Assembly (NCBI GenBank): GCA_047967505.1
Contig: CM106538.1
Length of the DNA: 64,000 bases
Reading direction: 5' to 3' (one strand)
From: Dipteris shenzhenensis
Lineage: Eukaryota
Made by a program: the position numbers and the translations under genes. Positions 1 through 12,495 of this stretch are shown here, in pieces. Positions within the stretch are counted from its first letter, which is position 1. Each line of letters starts with the position of its first letter. The notes under the pieces are model-generated. The model was not told where the DNA came from. It saw nothing but the letters and a program-made list of their open reading frames with translations, and did no database searches.

Positions 1-3000
1 CCTATTCTCTTTAGAATTAACCACGGCCCACAGTATCGAGGTGATAACTTAGCACACTCTCCTGAAGTCAACGACTTCGAGTGCGAAGGAATTATGAGAA
101 AAACTTTTTCTCCTTCTTCAAATACTCTTATAGACCAATTTTCATCCGCATACACTTTGGCTCTATCCATAGCCTGGCGGATATTAGCTCTCGCAAGTAC
201 TAGCATCTCGCGCATCTGAACTACAAAGTTCGCGGCACTAGGCACTTTCTGAGGTACTCCAACTATAGTTGGATTGGCTGGCCTATAACCATAGTTCAGT
301 TCAAACGGACTGAACCCAGTAGATGAATGTTTCCTATCATTGTAGGCAAACTCCAACAATGGCAACCACTTGTCCCATGTATGTTGCCTCAATGACACAT
401 ATGCCCTCAGCATATCCTCTAAAATCTGGTTGACTCTCTCCGTCTGACCATCCGTCTCAGGATGATCCCCACTACTCATTCCCAACTCAGTCCTTAGTGT
501 CTCAAATACCGCTGTCCAAAAGTGACCGGTAAACCTGACATCTCTGTCTGACACTATGGATCTAGGCAATCCATGCAGACGAAATATATGTCTAATAAAC
601 AAATCCGCTACTTGCGGGGCACTAACAGACTCTCTAGTCGGAATGAAGTGAGCCATCTTGGTTAGACGATCAACCACCACAAGGATAGAATTATACCCTC
701 CTTGTGTTACAGGTAGCCCTGCAATAAAATCCATGGAAATGCTCTCCCACTTAGTGGTATTTCCAAGGGCTGTAAAAGTCCGGGTGGCTTCACCCGCTCG
801 GCCTTACTTACCTGACACGAGAAACACCGTGTCACATACTCATGAATATGCTTTTTCATCTTTGGCCAAAAGAAATCTCGCTTCACGAGATCATATGTCT
901 TCTCGACTCCTGGATGTCCCGCACACGGGCTATCATGGCATTGTCGAATGACTCTCTGCCTGAGATCATTCTGACCAGGTACTACAACCTTGCCATTTCT
1001 AACTAGCATACCATCCCTTATGGTATATCTTGCATGAGTTTGGCCTTTTCTGGATGCCAGGTCATCCTTTTTATTTTCCCCGGGTTTTAACACATGAGCC
1101 TTAGGCCATAAGCTCTGGACAAACTCGTCCACCTTCTGAGTTTCTCTGATCTCGGTCATTAGAGTACTCTCTAATACCGTGAAACTCAGGTTGTGCATAA
1201 TGCGAGACAACGCATCAGCTACCTTATTGTCTTTTCCTCTTCGGTACCGAATCGTTAGATTAAATTCCTGCATGAGCTCTGCCCACCTAGCTTGGCGGCC
1301 CCTCAAGTCAGGCTGTTTACAGAAATGTTTCAGAGTATTATGATCCACATCCACATAAAACTCTGAACCATACAGATAATGCCTCCATGTTTTCAAAGCA
1401 TGGATAACCGCATACAACTCCAATTCATGAGTTGGCCAATTCCTTTGAGAGGGAGAAAGCTTCTTGCTTTCGAAGGCTACTGGCCTTCCCTCTTGAAGGA
1501 GGACTGCTCCTACCGCAATGCCACTTGCATCGGTTTCTAGGAACAACGGTTTCTGGGGATCAACTATTTTTAACACCGGTCCTGTGACCACAGCTTGTTT
1601 TATGGTGTTAAAACTTTCCTGTTGATTCTGTCCCCAAACAAAAGGTACTTTATCTGAGGTCAGATCAGTCAATGGCGATACTATTCCGGAATATCCTTTG
1701 ATATGCCTTCTATAAAACTGGACAAATCCCAAGAATGATCGCAACGCGGTCAGACTCTGAGGGATTGGCCAAGTTAGTATCGCAGCCACTTTCTTCGGAT
1801 CCATTTCTACCCCCTGTGGAGTAATTATGAACCCTAAGTACTCAAGCCTAACCATACACAGTATAGTTTTCTTTTTATTCACGTAAAGACTGGCTTTCCT
1901 CAAAGTACTGAACACTATTCTTAAGTGTTCACGATGCTCAGTAACACTTTTACTGAATATCAGGATGTCGTCAATAAAATGTACTACGAACTTTTCGATA
2001 TACGGACGTAGTAAATCGTTCATAAGCATGACGAAGGTCGCTGGAGCATTGGTAAGTCCGAAAGGCATTACCAAAAACTCATAATGACCAAACCTGCTCC
2101 TAAAAGCGGTTTTATGCACATCCTCGGCTCTAATCCGGATCTGATGATAGCCGCACTTAAGATCTATCTTGCTGAAAATCACGGCTCCATGTAATGCATC
2201 TAGCAAATCATCAATCCGAGCCATCGGATACCTGTGCTTAACAGTGATATTATTCAATGCTCTGTAATCTATACAGAGGCGAAACGTATCATCCTTTTTC
2301 CTCTTTAATATCACTAGTGAAGCAAAAGGTGAGAAACTTGGTTGAATCTGCCCCAACTTGAGATATTCTTCCAGTTGCGTACGCACCTCCGCTTCTTCAG
2401 TAAAACTCATTCTATAGGGAGGTCTATTTACAGGTTCTGTCCCCAGGATCAGTTCAATCTTATGCTGAACTTTCCGCTCTGGAGGTAACCCATAAGGTAG
2501 TTCATCCCTAAAACATTCCGAGAACTCCTCTGTTATAAGATTAGCCAGCTTGGCCATCTCACCACTTTGCGTAACATCAGTGCTAGTCGAAGAATCATCC
2601 ACCGACTCTACCGATGCTGTGCAAAGGTATAAAAACTCTACTTGAGCCTTTCTGATTTCCATCACGGAAACCAACGGTCCCTGAGGTATATCTTTTACAC
2701 CTCGCAAGACATAAAGCACATCATTCATCTTGAATTGATATACGTGCTTTTTCCAATCAATGGCTGGATTCTTCCTAGAATGCCACGCCATTCCCAGGGC
2801 TATATCTGCATGAGCAAGCTTGGTCATTTCAAAATCAAGCTTCTCAGCATAGTCCTGAATCCGAAGCTCCAACTGGGTAACCCTTTGGTCCCATACTTCA
2901 GTTGAACTTCCATCTGCCATCCTGACTGTGTACGCATAGTCAGATGGACTTGTCTTTAGTTTCAGCCTCTTCACGAGCTTGGAGTTAATCACATTGTGAG

Positions 3001-4384
3001 TTAACGCCGAGTCAAACAACACAATGACATCATGACTGGCCACTTGCCCTTTCATTTTAATTAACTCCGTATCATTGAAGGCTGTATACCCCGTTGCTGC
3101 GGGCTTAGATAGGATGTTATCAGGTGCACTCGTCATTAACTTAGCAACAGACACACATAACAAACAAGGTACTAACCTCTGAGAAGATTCCGCTAGCTGA
3201 ATCTGCATCTCTTCCGCTCTGGGACTTCCCTGCATCTCCACGTCGCACTCTGAGATCACCATCTCAGCCATCCGACGATCTTTATTACGTGGACAATCTC
3301 TCCACTGATGAGGTTGAAGGCAACCAAAGCATAAGCCTTCTCTCCTCCCTTTTTCCCTTTGTTCTGGGTTCAAGGGAGACTTAGACCAAGCCCGGGCTGC
3401 CATTGGGGTTACTTTCCTCTTCACTCCAATGGTGGTACTTGGTTTAGGAGTTTCAGCCGGTCTCGCCTGCTTGGCTTGACCACTCGGCTGCGAACCACTC
3501 CCTCTACTAGCCCACTTCTTCTTAAACCCAGATTTCTTCGGATACCCATACTGGGTTCCGACCTGTGCAAACCCACTTGGCTTGCTGCCCTTGGCATCCT
3601 CGTAGTTCAGGGCTATAGCTATTGCATCATCTAGCGTGTTCGCGTACTTAGCCCGAACTTCCATTTTTGTTCGATCATTCAATCCAAATATGAAATCTTT
3701 CACTTGGATTGATTGAGGCAGGGGTTCGTCAACCTTCATTACACTCTCTCGAAACTTATCAGTGTATTCTGCCACTGATAAATTTCTCTGACGAAGGTTC
3801 CTATATTGATCCCAAGCTCGGGATGCCTCGTCAGGAGGTAAGAAGTGTTTCCTGAACTCTCTTTTAAACCCCTCCTAGGTAGTGGATGCTATGCCATCTT
3901 TTTGTTGTTTAATCCACCACCGATCCGCTGCCTCACTAAACATATGGGTGGCCTCGCGGATCTTTTTGATGTCATTTCTGATCTCACAAATGGCGAACGC
4001 CTCGTCCCATTTGTGTAACCAGGTCTCAATGACATCGGAGCTACGGTCGTTCATCCGACCAGATTACTTTTCCGGTCTGTAATTAGCAATATTTGGCACT
4101 TTAGCCTTCCTAGGCTCGACCGTATGGACACTAGACTCTAGTTCCATTGGAGCCTTTCCCTTCTCTTCTCGAGAAGGTCTGGCAGACATACTCTGTAACA
4201 CTCTCCTAAGTTCAGATTGCTCTGCGTTGGCTTGTAATTGCTGCGCTAACAACTGTTGTAAGGCATCCTCCAGCAATGCAATCCTGCCAGATAAAGTGTG
4301 AGCTACTGGGCGCGATCCCTGCTGGGTCGGCCGGACTCCTGATTCACCAGGGTCCCTCCTGGAAGCCCCTTCATCTGGTTCCAT
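1..4384 (-). pseudogene. gag-pol polyprotein of the gypsy element, 2 nonsense mutations and 1 frameshift
   Basis: ORFs 4064..4384 and 707..3775 are in one frame, separated by TAA (4064-4066) and one TAG. Motifs: Zn knuckle CFGCLQPHQWRDC, PR LFDSALTHN, RT FIDDILIFS, RH TDASGIAVGAVL, INT H-H-C-C. A frameshift near 755 continues as KWESISMDFIAGLP. Confidence 0.9.
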
Positions 4385-5362
4385 TTAGTTCAGTAGGTGT
4401 TTTGTTTTGGGGCTTGTGTGTTTTTTTTTAAAAAAATAAATAAACACCCCTAGAACACTGTAATCACAAGCTGACACAATTCAGGGTACTGACACTCTGA
4501 ACACAATTCCCTATACTAGGGAATTCCTGCAATCCCACATTCACACTGATCAAGCATTTAACACAGGCATATATCACAGATGGCGCTTTTCCCTATACTA
4601 GGGAAATTTCTGCAAATAACTCAGACTCAACCACACAGGCATAACCCGTCCTTACTGCCACGCTGAAACCTCATGCGTGCTGTCCTTTCTATGGAAGTAG
4701 TGCGTCACCCAGCTAATTAAGGAAGAAAAAAAAACAACACAAAGCAAAGGGGGATCAAAGAAAGCTCCCTGGTCAAGCTGCGTCCAATCGGTGTCTCCGG
4801 ATCCTGCAGCCTCTGCGTACTGCTTGCTCATGAGTAATAAGACTTCTCTGATGTCGCATATCCTTCAAATTGTGCTGTCCACGCCAACCTACGGACTGTT
4901 TATAGCAGACGCAGAAATGTGAAAATGAGCGTCGATCAAATTCTCCGTTAGACCCACGAAACACCCTCGATAACCGCTCGTATCACTGTCGTAGCTCCCC
5001 AGGTGTCCGTCATGGTTCCGTTGCAGTCGCCCTATACTATCCGTTAAAGGCACGTATAAACCTTCCCTTGAAGTAATCCAGCGCCCCGCCGATTCGTAGG
5101 CCCATCAAACCATTACGGGACTCCACGTCATCTCGCCCGTTACTGGTTCCGTGCACGCTGCCCGTCGACTGGCGCTCCACCGAAGTTTCGTCGCAGCCTT
5201 ACCGTCGTCACCCTCGGTTGATCCGTCACCAGCGCTCCACCTTCTTTAGCCTTCGTGGACGCTCCCGCTACGCTCTTCCAAGATCACGTCTCCCCTTGGA
5301 CTTTCCGCTCTACGACAGCTACGTAAGCCCGTGTGCGTCCCTTCTCTCATTCCAAGCCATGA

Positions 5363-5374
5363 GCTCTGATACCA
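5363..5374 (-). promoter_or_regulatory. Primer binding site (tRNA-iMet) of the gypsy element
   Basis: TGGTATCAGAGC on the - strand, 2 nt inside the LTR end. Confidence 0.9.
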
Positions 5375-5376
5375 AC

Positions 5377-5841
5377 TGTCACACAACTATTCTCTACACT
5401 AATCTCTACTGCAGATCACGGGAGTAGCACCCTGATTCTCCTCCCAGCCTATTCTGCCAAGACTTCCAAGCAAGAGAGAGATCTACATTCGAAATCACAT
5501 AAAAATCAATTCCTTCTCTTCTCTCACTAGCCTTAGCAAACCCCAAATCCCTAGATAGATCTAGATGCCACATGTCATCCATATAGGGCCTTCCTAATGC
5601 AACATTTCACCCCTCTCTTGGGATGCATTTAATTCCTTGCCCCTAGGCACAATCTTTGCACTAGGCCCTTGGTCTCAGATCTATCTAGTCTGGTGCTATC
5701 AGCCCTCACCTAGGACCTTGACATTAAATCCCTCCCGATCATTTACATGAAGCGCAAACACATATATTACAAAGATAGATCCTTTAAGGGAAATGTCGAC
5801 TGATTCTTCCGAGGTCATGCTACCTCGGCTAGAGCGTAACA
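5377..5841 (-). repeat. 5' LTR of the gypsy element (about 465 bp)
   Basis: On the - strand it starts TGTTACG and ends GTGACA next to the PBS; the partner LTR is outside the window. Confidence 0.75.
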
Positions 5842-6237
5842 TCCCATGAAGATTATGCATTTTAAAACATCTCTATGCTCCAGATCTCTCTTTTTATGTC
5901 AAGGTACTCAGCCTGGATAGTCCTCCAAAATGAATGAAATAAACTATTGTGTTTTTGTGTGTTTTGTAAACACCTCTGGTCACCTTATGATGTAGGCCAT
6001 GTGTATGTTTTGCTCCATGGTACCTCCTGCAGACATTGTGTGCATGTACATGCAGGGGAGATAACCATTGTGGAAGGTCTTTTTATATCCCTTTTGTTTA
6101 CCTTACACCCATGGGAACACTTGCTAGCATGAAAACCTAGCCATAGATTTATCCTTGACCACCATGAGATGGCATGAGAAACTATGAGACTAGATGTATC
6201 CTTGACATAGCCTGAGGCATTTCCTTGAGGGCGGGTT

Positions 6238-6514
6238 TGTTGGGATAACTCAAGGTGTATGCCTCAGGCACACCTTATGTTTCTATGTGTGTGTGCTAGA
6301 GGCACAGTTAGGTGGTGGAAAGCCACATAGGATGATTGAGAGAATCTAGGAGCAGATTGAGGAGATGATTGTGGAGCTCTGAAGTCATCAGTGATGTTAG
6401 TGAGCATGTATGAGGTGCCTACTTAAGGACCTCACTCTTCTTCATTCTACAAGCAAGTAATGCAAGTATTTTGAGTTTGTGTCCACTCTTTCCTTTCCTT
6501 TCAGTTTACCAACA
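6238..6514 (+). repeat. Probable 3' LTR of a copia-type element, preceded by a PPT
   Basis: GAGGGCGGG purine tract, then TGTTGG…CCAACA inverted termini; no partner LTR in the window. Confidence 0.55.
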
Positions 6515-6539
6515 AGGTGGGCGAACAAAAGTGCTGAAA

Positions 6540-7140
6540 AGTCTTGCAATCCCAAAGGCAGTGCTGTGTTGTCTCCAAAGCAAAAAGGCAGCGAGGGCAA
6601 GAAGGGTCAGCTCCGAACTTGGACCTCCAATGGTTTACTGCTATCCCACCATGAATAGAAAGCCAAAAGAAGAGAGTGATTTTTCTATTCCGGTGGGATT
6701 TCCAGAGTCTCTGCCAAAAAAATTTCTGCAAGTCAAAAGGAATCTGAGAGTTCTCCCAATGATGAGCTCTGGTGGGCCTCCAACCCCTACAGCTGAGCTG
6801 GAATTTCCTGGCATTACTGACCGTGTAACGAAAGAAGGGGATGCCCTTCTCTTGGTGCCCGTCATCTATCCATTCCCATTCCAATTGATTTTGGATTTGT
6901 GGCAAGGACACCTTGGACCGGGAGGATGATTTTGGTTTCAATTGGATTCGGAGACTTATCTTTGTCAGATATGTGGCCTACGGCTAGGATTGAACTGCAG
7001 CTTGCTCCCTGTCGTAAGCCTGACCTCCCTACCTACCCAACTTCCTTCCCCTCAGGCTCCTTGCCTTTCCGACTCGGGACATATTCTTCTATCGGTTGTA
7101 GCTGCTTGCTCAAAATGGGATTTCAGCTCCAGGCCAACAC
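6540..7140 (-). mobile_element. L1-clade LINE fragment (zf-RVT region)
   Basis: KFFWQRLWKSHRNRKITLFFWLSIHGGIAVNHWRSKFGADPSCPRC…HCLWDC, same family as the copies at ~26400 and ~56210. Confidence 0.85.
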
Positions 7141-7544
7141 CCTTTGAAAATCGTGATTTCTGCTCATGTGCTTTGAACTGATCTAATCTGTGAATTGTCT
7201 CCAGAACTAGTGCCTAAAGCTGCTCCATTTCGACTCCAAATCTAGGGCCTCAAAGCTGCTCCATTTTGACTTTCAATCTAGGCCAAGAAAGCTATTTCTA
7301 AAGTCGCATTCACTGTTTTTGTTCCTGCGTGTGGGAATAACTGCAGGCCTTGCTTCTCATTTTCCATTTTTCCAGCAACAAGCTTCAGCCCAAAAATACA
7401 CAATCCATAGCTTCACCTTCGAGGTTTACTCAGCCACTCCCTTCCTATCATCACCTCCTTCTCTCCCCGCTCAGCCCCTCTCTCTCCCCCCTCTCATCCC
7501 CTCCTTCTTCCTCTATCTAACTCCTCATCCCCAAGCATTCCCTA

Positions 7545-9330
7545 GGTTGATCAGGCACGGAACTCACTATACCTCAACATTGGGACTAAGGATCAACCTC
7601 GGCATTTTTTTTTCCCAAGAAAATTAGTTCATTAAGTATGAATGAAAAAGGTGAGAGCAAGCTCAAATACGGGAGTACATCATGCAATGCATGAGGAAAA
7701 AACAGCTCAAAGTGAGCTAATAAAGAACCAAGGCGAAGGCTGAAAATGCCATCTCAACCTTGAAGGAAACTCAAAGAAGAAAGGAGGTCCTCTCCAAACT
7801 TTGAAAAAAGTAACTCTCCTGGCAGTGGCTGCTCTGGAGGATCCCTGCACCTCGGCATTTGAAGGTAGCTCGTTGGGTTTGAGAACATGATAATCTTCTA
7901 GCAGCAGTAATTGATTTTTTCCAAGAATATGCGGATGTCTTTTCCTAGTCGTACAAGGATCTGAAGGGGGTGCCGGCTGAGTTCATGGAGCACCGCATTG
8001 ACTTATACCTTGCTGCATACCTAGTGGTTAGAGCACGATACCCCATGAATCCCAATTATGGTAAGACTGTCCAAACTGATATACAAAAATTGGAGCGCAC
8101 AGGGTTGATCTACCTAGTAGATTACTCCAATTGGGTCAACAGAATTGTCATTGTGCCCAAAAGAGAGACCGGAAAACTCCAGGTATGTGTTGACTATAGG
8201 AGTTTGAATGCTGCCACATGACATGATAGGTTTTCCCTCCCTTCGCTACCAAGCTGTTGGAGACGTTGGCTGGTCATGCTCTGTACTCATTCATGGATAT
8301 AGCAGATACAACCAAGTTCGTGTCAGAGAAGAGGATCAGTCAAAGATCACATTTGTCAATTGATGAGGGACGTACGCCTACTAGATGATGCCCTTTGGGG
8401 TTGTGTAATGCATTGGCAACATCTAACGACTTGTCACCAAACTCTTTTAGGAGAATATTGGCAAGTTTCTTGAGATCTGTTTATATGATTTCTCTATTTT
8501 CAATGGTAAAAGTGCCTCCCATCTTGATCCAGAAATACAAAATCATCATCTATAGTGAATCCTGACAAGTGCTTCTTTCTCATGCTCAGAGGTGTTCTCC
8601 TTGGTCATATTGTTTCTGCCAAAGGAATGACTATACAGATCCAACTAAGGTAGAGGTGATAATCTCCTTGCATATTCCTTGTACACCCAAAGAGGTGGAC
8701 TCCTTTTTAGGGCATGGGGGATATTACATGAGGTTCATACATTTCTATGCAGACATTGTTGTGGCACTAATAGAACTTCTCTACCAGGACTTGTCTTTTG
8801 TTTGGTCCCCACCTCAACAACTAGCATTCGATAATCTCAAGGACTGCTTGGTTAAGGCCCCAATTCTAAGATAATTGGACTGGGACATCATTTTTCATGT
8901 TCATATGGACGCTAGTGGATTGGCAATTGGTGCTATACTGGCTCAGCTAACAAGGACCACAAGATTTTTGATTTGCACATGTACTTTGCCAACTGACAAC
9001 TGAATGGAGCAAAACGCAATTGTAGTACCACAGAAAGGGAGGGTCTAGGCATGGTTTATGCCATGACCAAGTACGGCCACTACCTCTTGGGAAACAAGCT
9101 TATAGTCATCACTGATCATCAGGCTCTTAAATACTTTATTGTATAAACCTACTCTTGGGGTCGATTGAGCAGATGGATTCTTCTTTTTCAGGAATTTGAA
9201 TTTGACATTGTGGTGAGGGCCTGCAGAATGCTTCAACCTACAGACAACTTGTAAAAGCTAAGTTCCGGGGAAGCACCCATTGTTATTGAGGATGAATTGC
9301 CCGATGCGGGCCTACTGCTTCCTACCATGG
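7545..9330 (+). pseudogene. Degenerate Ty3/gypsy pol relic (RT-RNase H)
   Basis: EYADVFS*SYKDLKGVP, VIVPKRETGKLQVCVDYRSLNAAT, SFLGHGGYYMRFI and HMDASGLAIGAILAQ; many stops and frameshifts. Confidence 0.8.
7608..7848 (-). mobile_element. 5'-truncated L1 3' end with 12-bp TSD
   Basis: Family 3' UTR with T-tract on the + strand; ACCTCGGCATTT duplicated at 7596-7607 and 7849-7860; interrupts the gypsy relic. Confidence 0.85.
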
Positions 9331-9349
9331 TATGATAACATAGAACATT

Positions 9350-9640
9350 TTATAGAGGGTCTCATCCATCTCATTCCAAAGGGAGGTTGCAGAAATTTGG
9401 TGTCACAATGGAGGCCTATCACTCTTTTGGGCACCTTTATACGAAATTCTGGCAAAATCAATTAGTCTATGTTTGCAGCCCTTTCTCTCGAATCTCATTC
9501 ATGACACGCAGACATGGTTTGTGTATGGGAGGAGCATTTTTTATAATATCTTCTCCTTTTGGGAGGCTTCACATTGGGGTATGCATACCGGCCAAAAGAT
9601 AGCCATTCTACAATTGGACTCTGAAAAAGCTTATGGAAGG
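9350..9640 (+). mobile_element. L1 RT fragment
   Basis: EGLIHLIPKGGCRNLVSQWRPITLLG…LDSEKAY. Confidence 0.75.
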
Positions 9641-9884
9641 GTTAGATGATGCAAGATTGATAGTATTTTTGTGAAGTTGATGGCAATAGCTTTACCCTTG
9701 TCTAAGGAAAAGGCATGGACACATAAAGTGGGTGAAGGTACAAGAAGATCGATCACGAGCGGTTACTGCAAGCATGAAAAAAGACATCCCACAATAGGTG
9801 CTAACATATGCAAAGAAGTTGATGAATGAGCACCAAATGAGAATAACGAAAAAAATCAATCATGGCTCTTTTTTGTGTGGCAAA

Positions 9885-10190
9885 AATAGACCTTCATTAA
9901 GTATGAATAAAACCCGCAAGAGCAAGCTCAAGACAGAAATACATCATGCAATGCATGAGAAAAAACTCCTCAAATTGAGGCAAGGTTGAGGCTAAAAATG
10001 CTACCTCAACCCTGTGGAAGACTCTGAGAAGAAGGGGGAGCCCCTCCATCCCCTGAGGAAAATAGCCCTCCTAGTAGTAGCTGCCCGAGAGGATCCTTGC
10101 ATACTCATCCAACTAGCCATCAAAGTATATATAGTGTCTGTCCATATATTGGCCAAAGTGCGGGAGGGGTGAACTTGGGACCCATCCAAA
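9885..10190 (-). mobile_element. L1 3'-end fragment
   Basis: QVHPSRTLANIWTDTIYTLMASWMSMQGSSRAA…WRGSPFFSES plus the family 3' UTR (CTTCATTAAGTATGAAT). Confidence 0.8.
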
Positions 10191-11289
10191 GCCACTCTAG
10201 AAGAGATAAGTTCAGAATTTGGAAAGCTTGTGGAGTTTAAGGGAGTTACATATGAAGAGTTCCTAGTTGATGATACCACGCTGATCCTGCAACTTACAAA
10301 AAATAAGGCGGTGGTTGGTCACACAAAGGCGCCAAAAATGAAGGCATATGCACCATGAAAGCATCAACTTCAGACAATCAGGCGAATGCAGCTAGTTTCA
10401 AGGGCTGATAGAAAATGTGCTCATCTTAAAGGGTGCGAAATAAAGGCAGATACTTCTCCTAACTGTGCAATGAGATGGGCTGTTTGCTCCTTTTTGAATC
10501 AAATTCCACACAGGATGAGTTTTCCTTAGCTTGGGTCCAAACTTGGTGTTGCACCTCCTCAACATTCTTGGTTGGGCAGAGGACCAGCTCCTATGGTTTT
10601 CCAGGTCTTCTCTTAATACTGTAAGCTCCTTGTTGAGCTTCTCATTTTCCAATAGATAACTGGAAATCAATATTTGCCCCAATATCCCTGTTGCATTGCA
10701 TCTTTGGGTTCAAAGTTTCAAAAATATCACTTTACATCCTTGACTTGAGAGCATCCACCTTTTTAAGTTGCTCTTCAATGCTACACGAGATTCTTGTTTT
10801 CTGCCACACAAGGCCTATGCTGTGTCCATGCATTGCATAGCAGTAGCTATGTGCAGGGATAGTCCAATTTTCAGTGCATAGCAGTAGCTATGGTGCTACA
10901 TGTGGCTAGGACCTTGGTTGTGTTGTCTAGGTCATTTGGGGTCCATGATTCAGGGGTTTAACACATTGTATCTGCTGTTTTTACTCTCAGAAAAGGGTGA
11001 TGAAAAGGAAAGACAATAAAGAGAAGCACTATGGTTTCTCTCTACAGTATCTTAAAGAGAGGGACTGGGGGCATCGTGGAAAGCCATGATCCCATCAGGA
11101 AGGTGAGTGGGTTTGAAAGAGAGTGGCTTAGCTATGGACAAAGAGAGAGTTGAGCTATAAAGGGAGCTGGATGAAGGGAGAAAAGCAGATGGGGAGATTG
11201 TTTCTGCATGCACTTAAACTTTTGATTGTGTGGTAAGATATCAAGGTACTTTGTGAGGTTTTTTTTCTTAGCTTTTGTAATTCTTTCAG

Positions 11290-11509
11290 GTTAGCAGCAA
11301 GTCTATTCAAGTGACTGACTCTGGTGGCAAGGTGGTTCCTTCTCAACTTCTGCCAGTGAGCAATGTAACAAAACAACTGCGAAGCTACTATGTGCAGGCA
11401 TATCTGGGGGTATCACCAGGACAAGCACCACTTTATTGGCTTGTGTTTCCAGCCATGGTTCCTGCCTTTGGCTACAATTCTTATGTTGTATCAGCTTCAG
11501 ACGGACCAG
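11290..11509 (+). CDS. GH38 alpha-mannosidase, internal exon a
   Basis: ttctttcag|…|gtttgt; VSSKSIQVTDSGGKVVPSQLLPV…YVQAYLG…VFPAMVPAFGYNSYVVS resembles the plant alpha-mannosidase VPPLGFSTY region; ends in phase 1. Confidence 0.9.
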
Positions 11510-11865
11510 GTTTGTTTCCAATTCAGTACCGTGAAAAGATAAAAATGGTATAGGGTCATATACATTTTCATCTTTTTAAAAACCTTACGAAAAGGAGCGT
11601 CTTGTGTACAAAAGTTCTGATAGCCCATCATTTCAATTTTTCCCATGATAAATGAATCCTATTTTATTTTTCTCGCTTTCCTGTTAAGGGTAACAGAGCC
11701 ATCTTCTGTTGTTATGTTATGTAAGACCGTTTGCTTATCTGAGCCCCAACAAATACTACTGTCAGTTCAAAAGATTACAGAAGCTTCTTAGGACAGTATC
11801 ATTTCATGAAAGCTTGCGATGCAAGCACTTAATAATTATTTTCTGTATTTTTTTACTGTAATCAG

Positions 11866-11996
11866 GTTCAACAACACTCTCAGTTGTTGAAGACGTTTCA
11901 AAGAATCATATGATCACTACTGTCTCTGACAGTTTACAGCTGGTATTCTCTGGTGAAACTGGCGTTTTGACTAAAATGATGAACATCCAAACTGGA
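11866..11996 (+). CDS. GH38 alpha-mannosidase, internal exon b
   Basis: atcag|…|gtaagt; phase-compatible with exon a; (G)STTLSVVEDVSKNHMITTVSDSLQLVFSGETGVLTKMMNIQTG. Confidence 0.85.
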
Positions 11997-12088
11997 GTAA
12001 GTGACAGATATACTAATGCATCTTAAGAAGAGCATTGCCTCTGTTCTGTTTAAATGATTCATATCATTTTCTTGCTACCTAAACTCAG

Positions 12089-12151
12089 GCTAATCTCAGT
12101 CTGCAATCGTCATACCTTTTCTATGGAGCAAATAATGGCACAGATGGACAG
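12089..12151 (+). CDS. GH38 alpha-mannosidase, internal exon c
   Basis: ctcag|…|gtacat; ANLSLQSSYLFYGANNGTDGQ. Confidence 0.85.
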
Positions 12152-12234
12152 GTACATGAGAATGAGTTTTTCAATGGGTTCTTGAAACCACTCACTCCAT
12201 TAAGGTACTGACTCCTCTATTTATCTTCTCGAAG

Positions 12235-12297
12235 GGTACTGATGGGGCCTATCTATTTCGTCCAAATCCTGGCTCTCCAACCTCAGTGAATAGCTCT
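12235..12297 (+). CDS. GH38 alpha-mannosidase, internal exon d
   Basis: gaag|…|gtgagt; GTDGAYLFRPNPGSPTSVNSS contains the conserved GAYxFRP motif. Confidence 0.9.
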
Positions 12298-12423
12298 GTG
12301 AGTTTGAATCATGCCTTGTACAAGCTTCAATGTAAGCTGCTTCAGAAGCTTTGGATGTGTTGTTTGATTTGTTAGCCAAATCAACTCAATGCAACTAATG
12401 TTTTGTTAAAAATTGATCAAAAG

Positions 12424-12495
12424 GTACCCATTACTGTTATTAAAGGTGCTTTAGTACAGGAAGTTTGGCAAGAGTTCAGCCCCTGGATCCACCAG
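12424..12495 (+). CDS. GH38 alpha-mannosidase, internal exon e
   Basis: aaag|…|gtatga; VPITVIKGALVQEVWQEFSPWIHQ (conserved GxLxxEVxQxFxxWIxQ). Confidence 0.9.

Larger units (their letters stand above)
1..5841 (-). mobile_element. Ty3/gypsy LTR retrotransposon (chromovirus-like pol), 3' end outside the window
   Basis: 5' LTR 5377-5841, tRNA-Met PBS, then gag-PR-RT-RNaseH-INT in gypsy order; the integrase frame runs off the window start (…KLSPRYCGPWLILKRI). Confidence 0.95.

Noticed and set aside
5842-11289. Search for the preceding mannosidase exon (VVYNxLGW-type); likewise the next exon after 60965
   Set aside because: No matching exon found; both probably lie outside the window.
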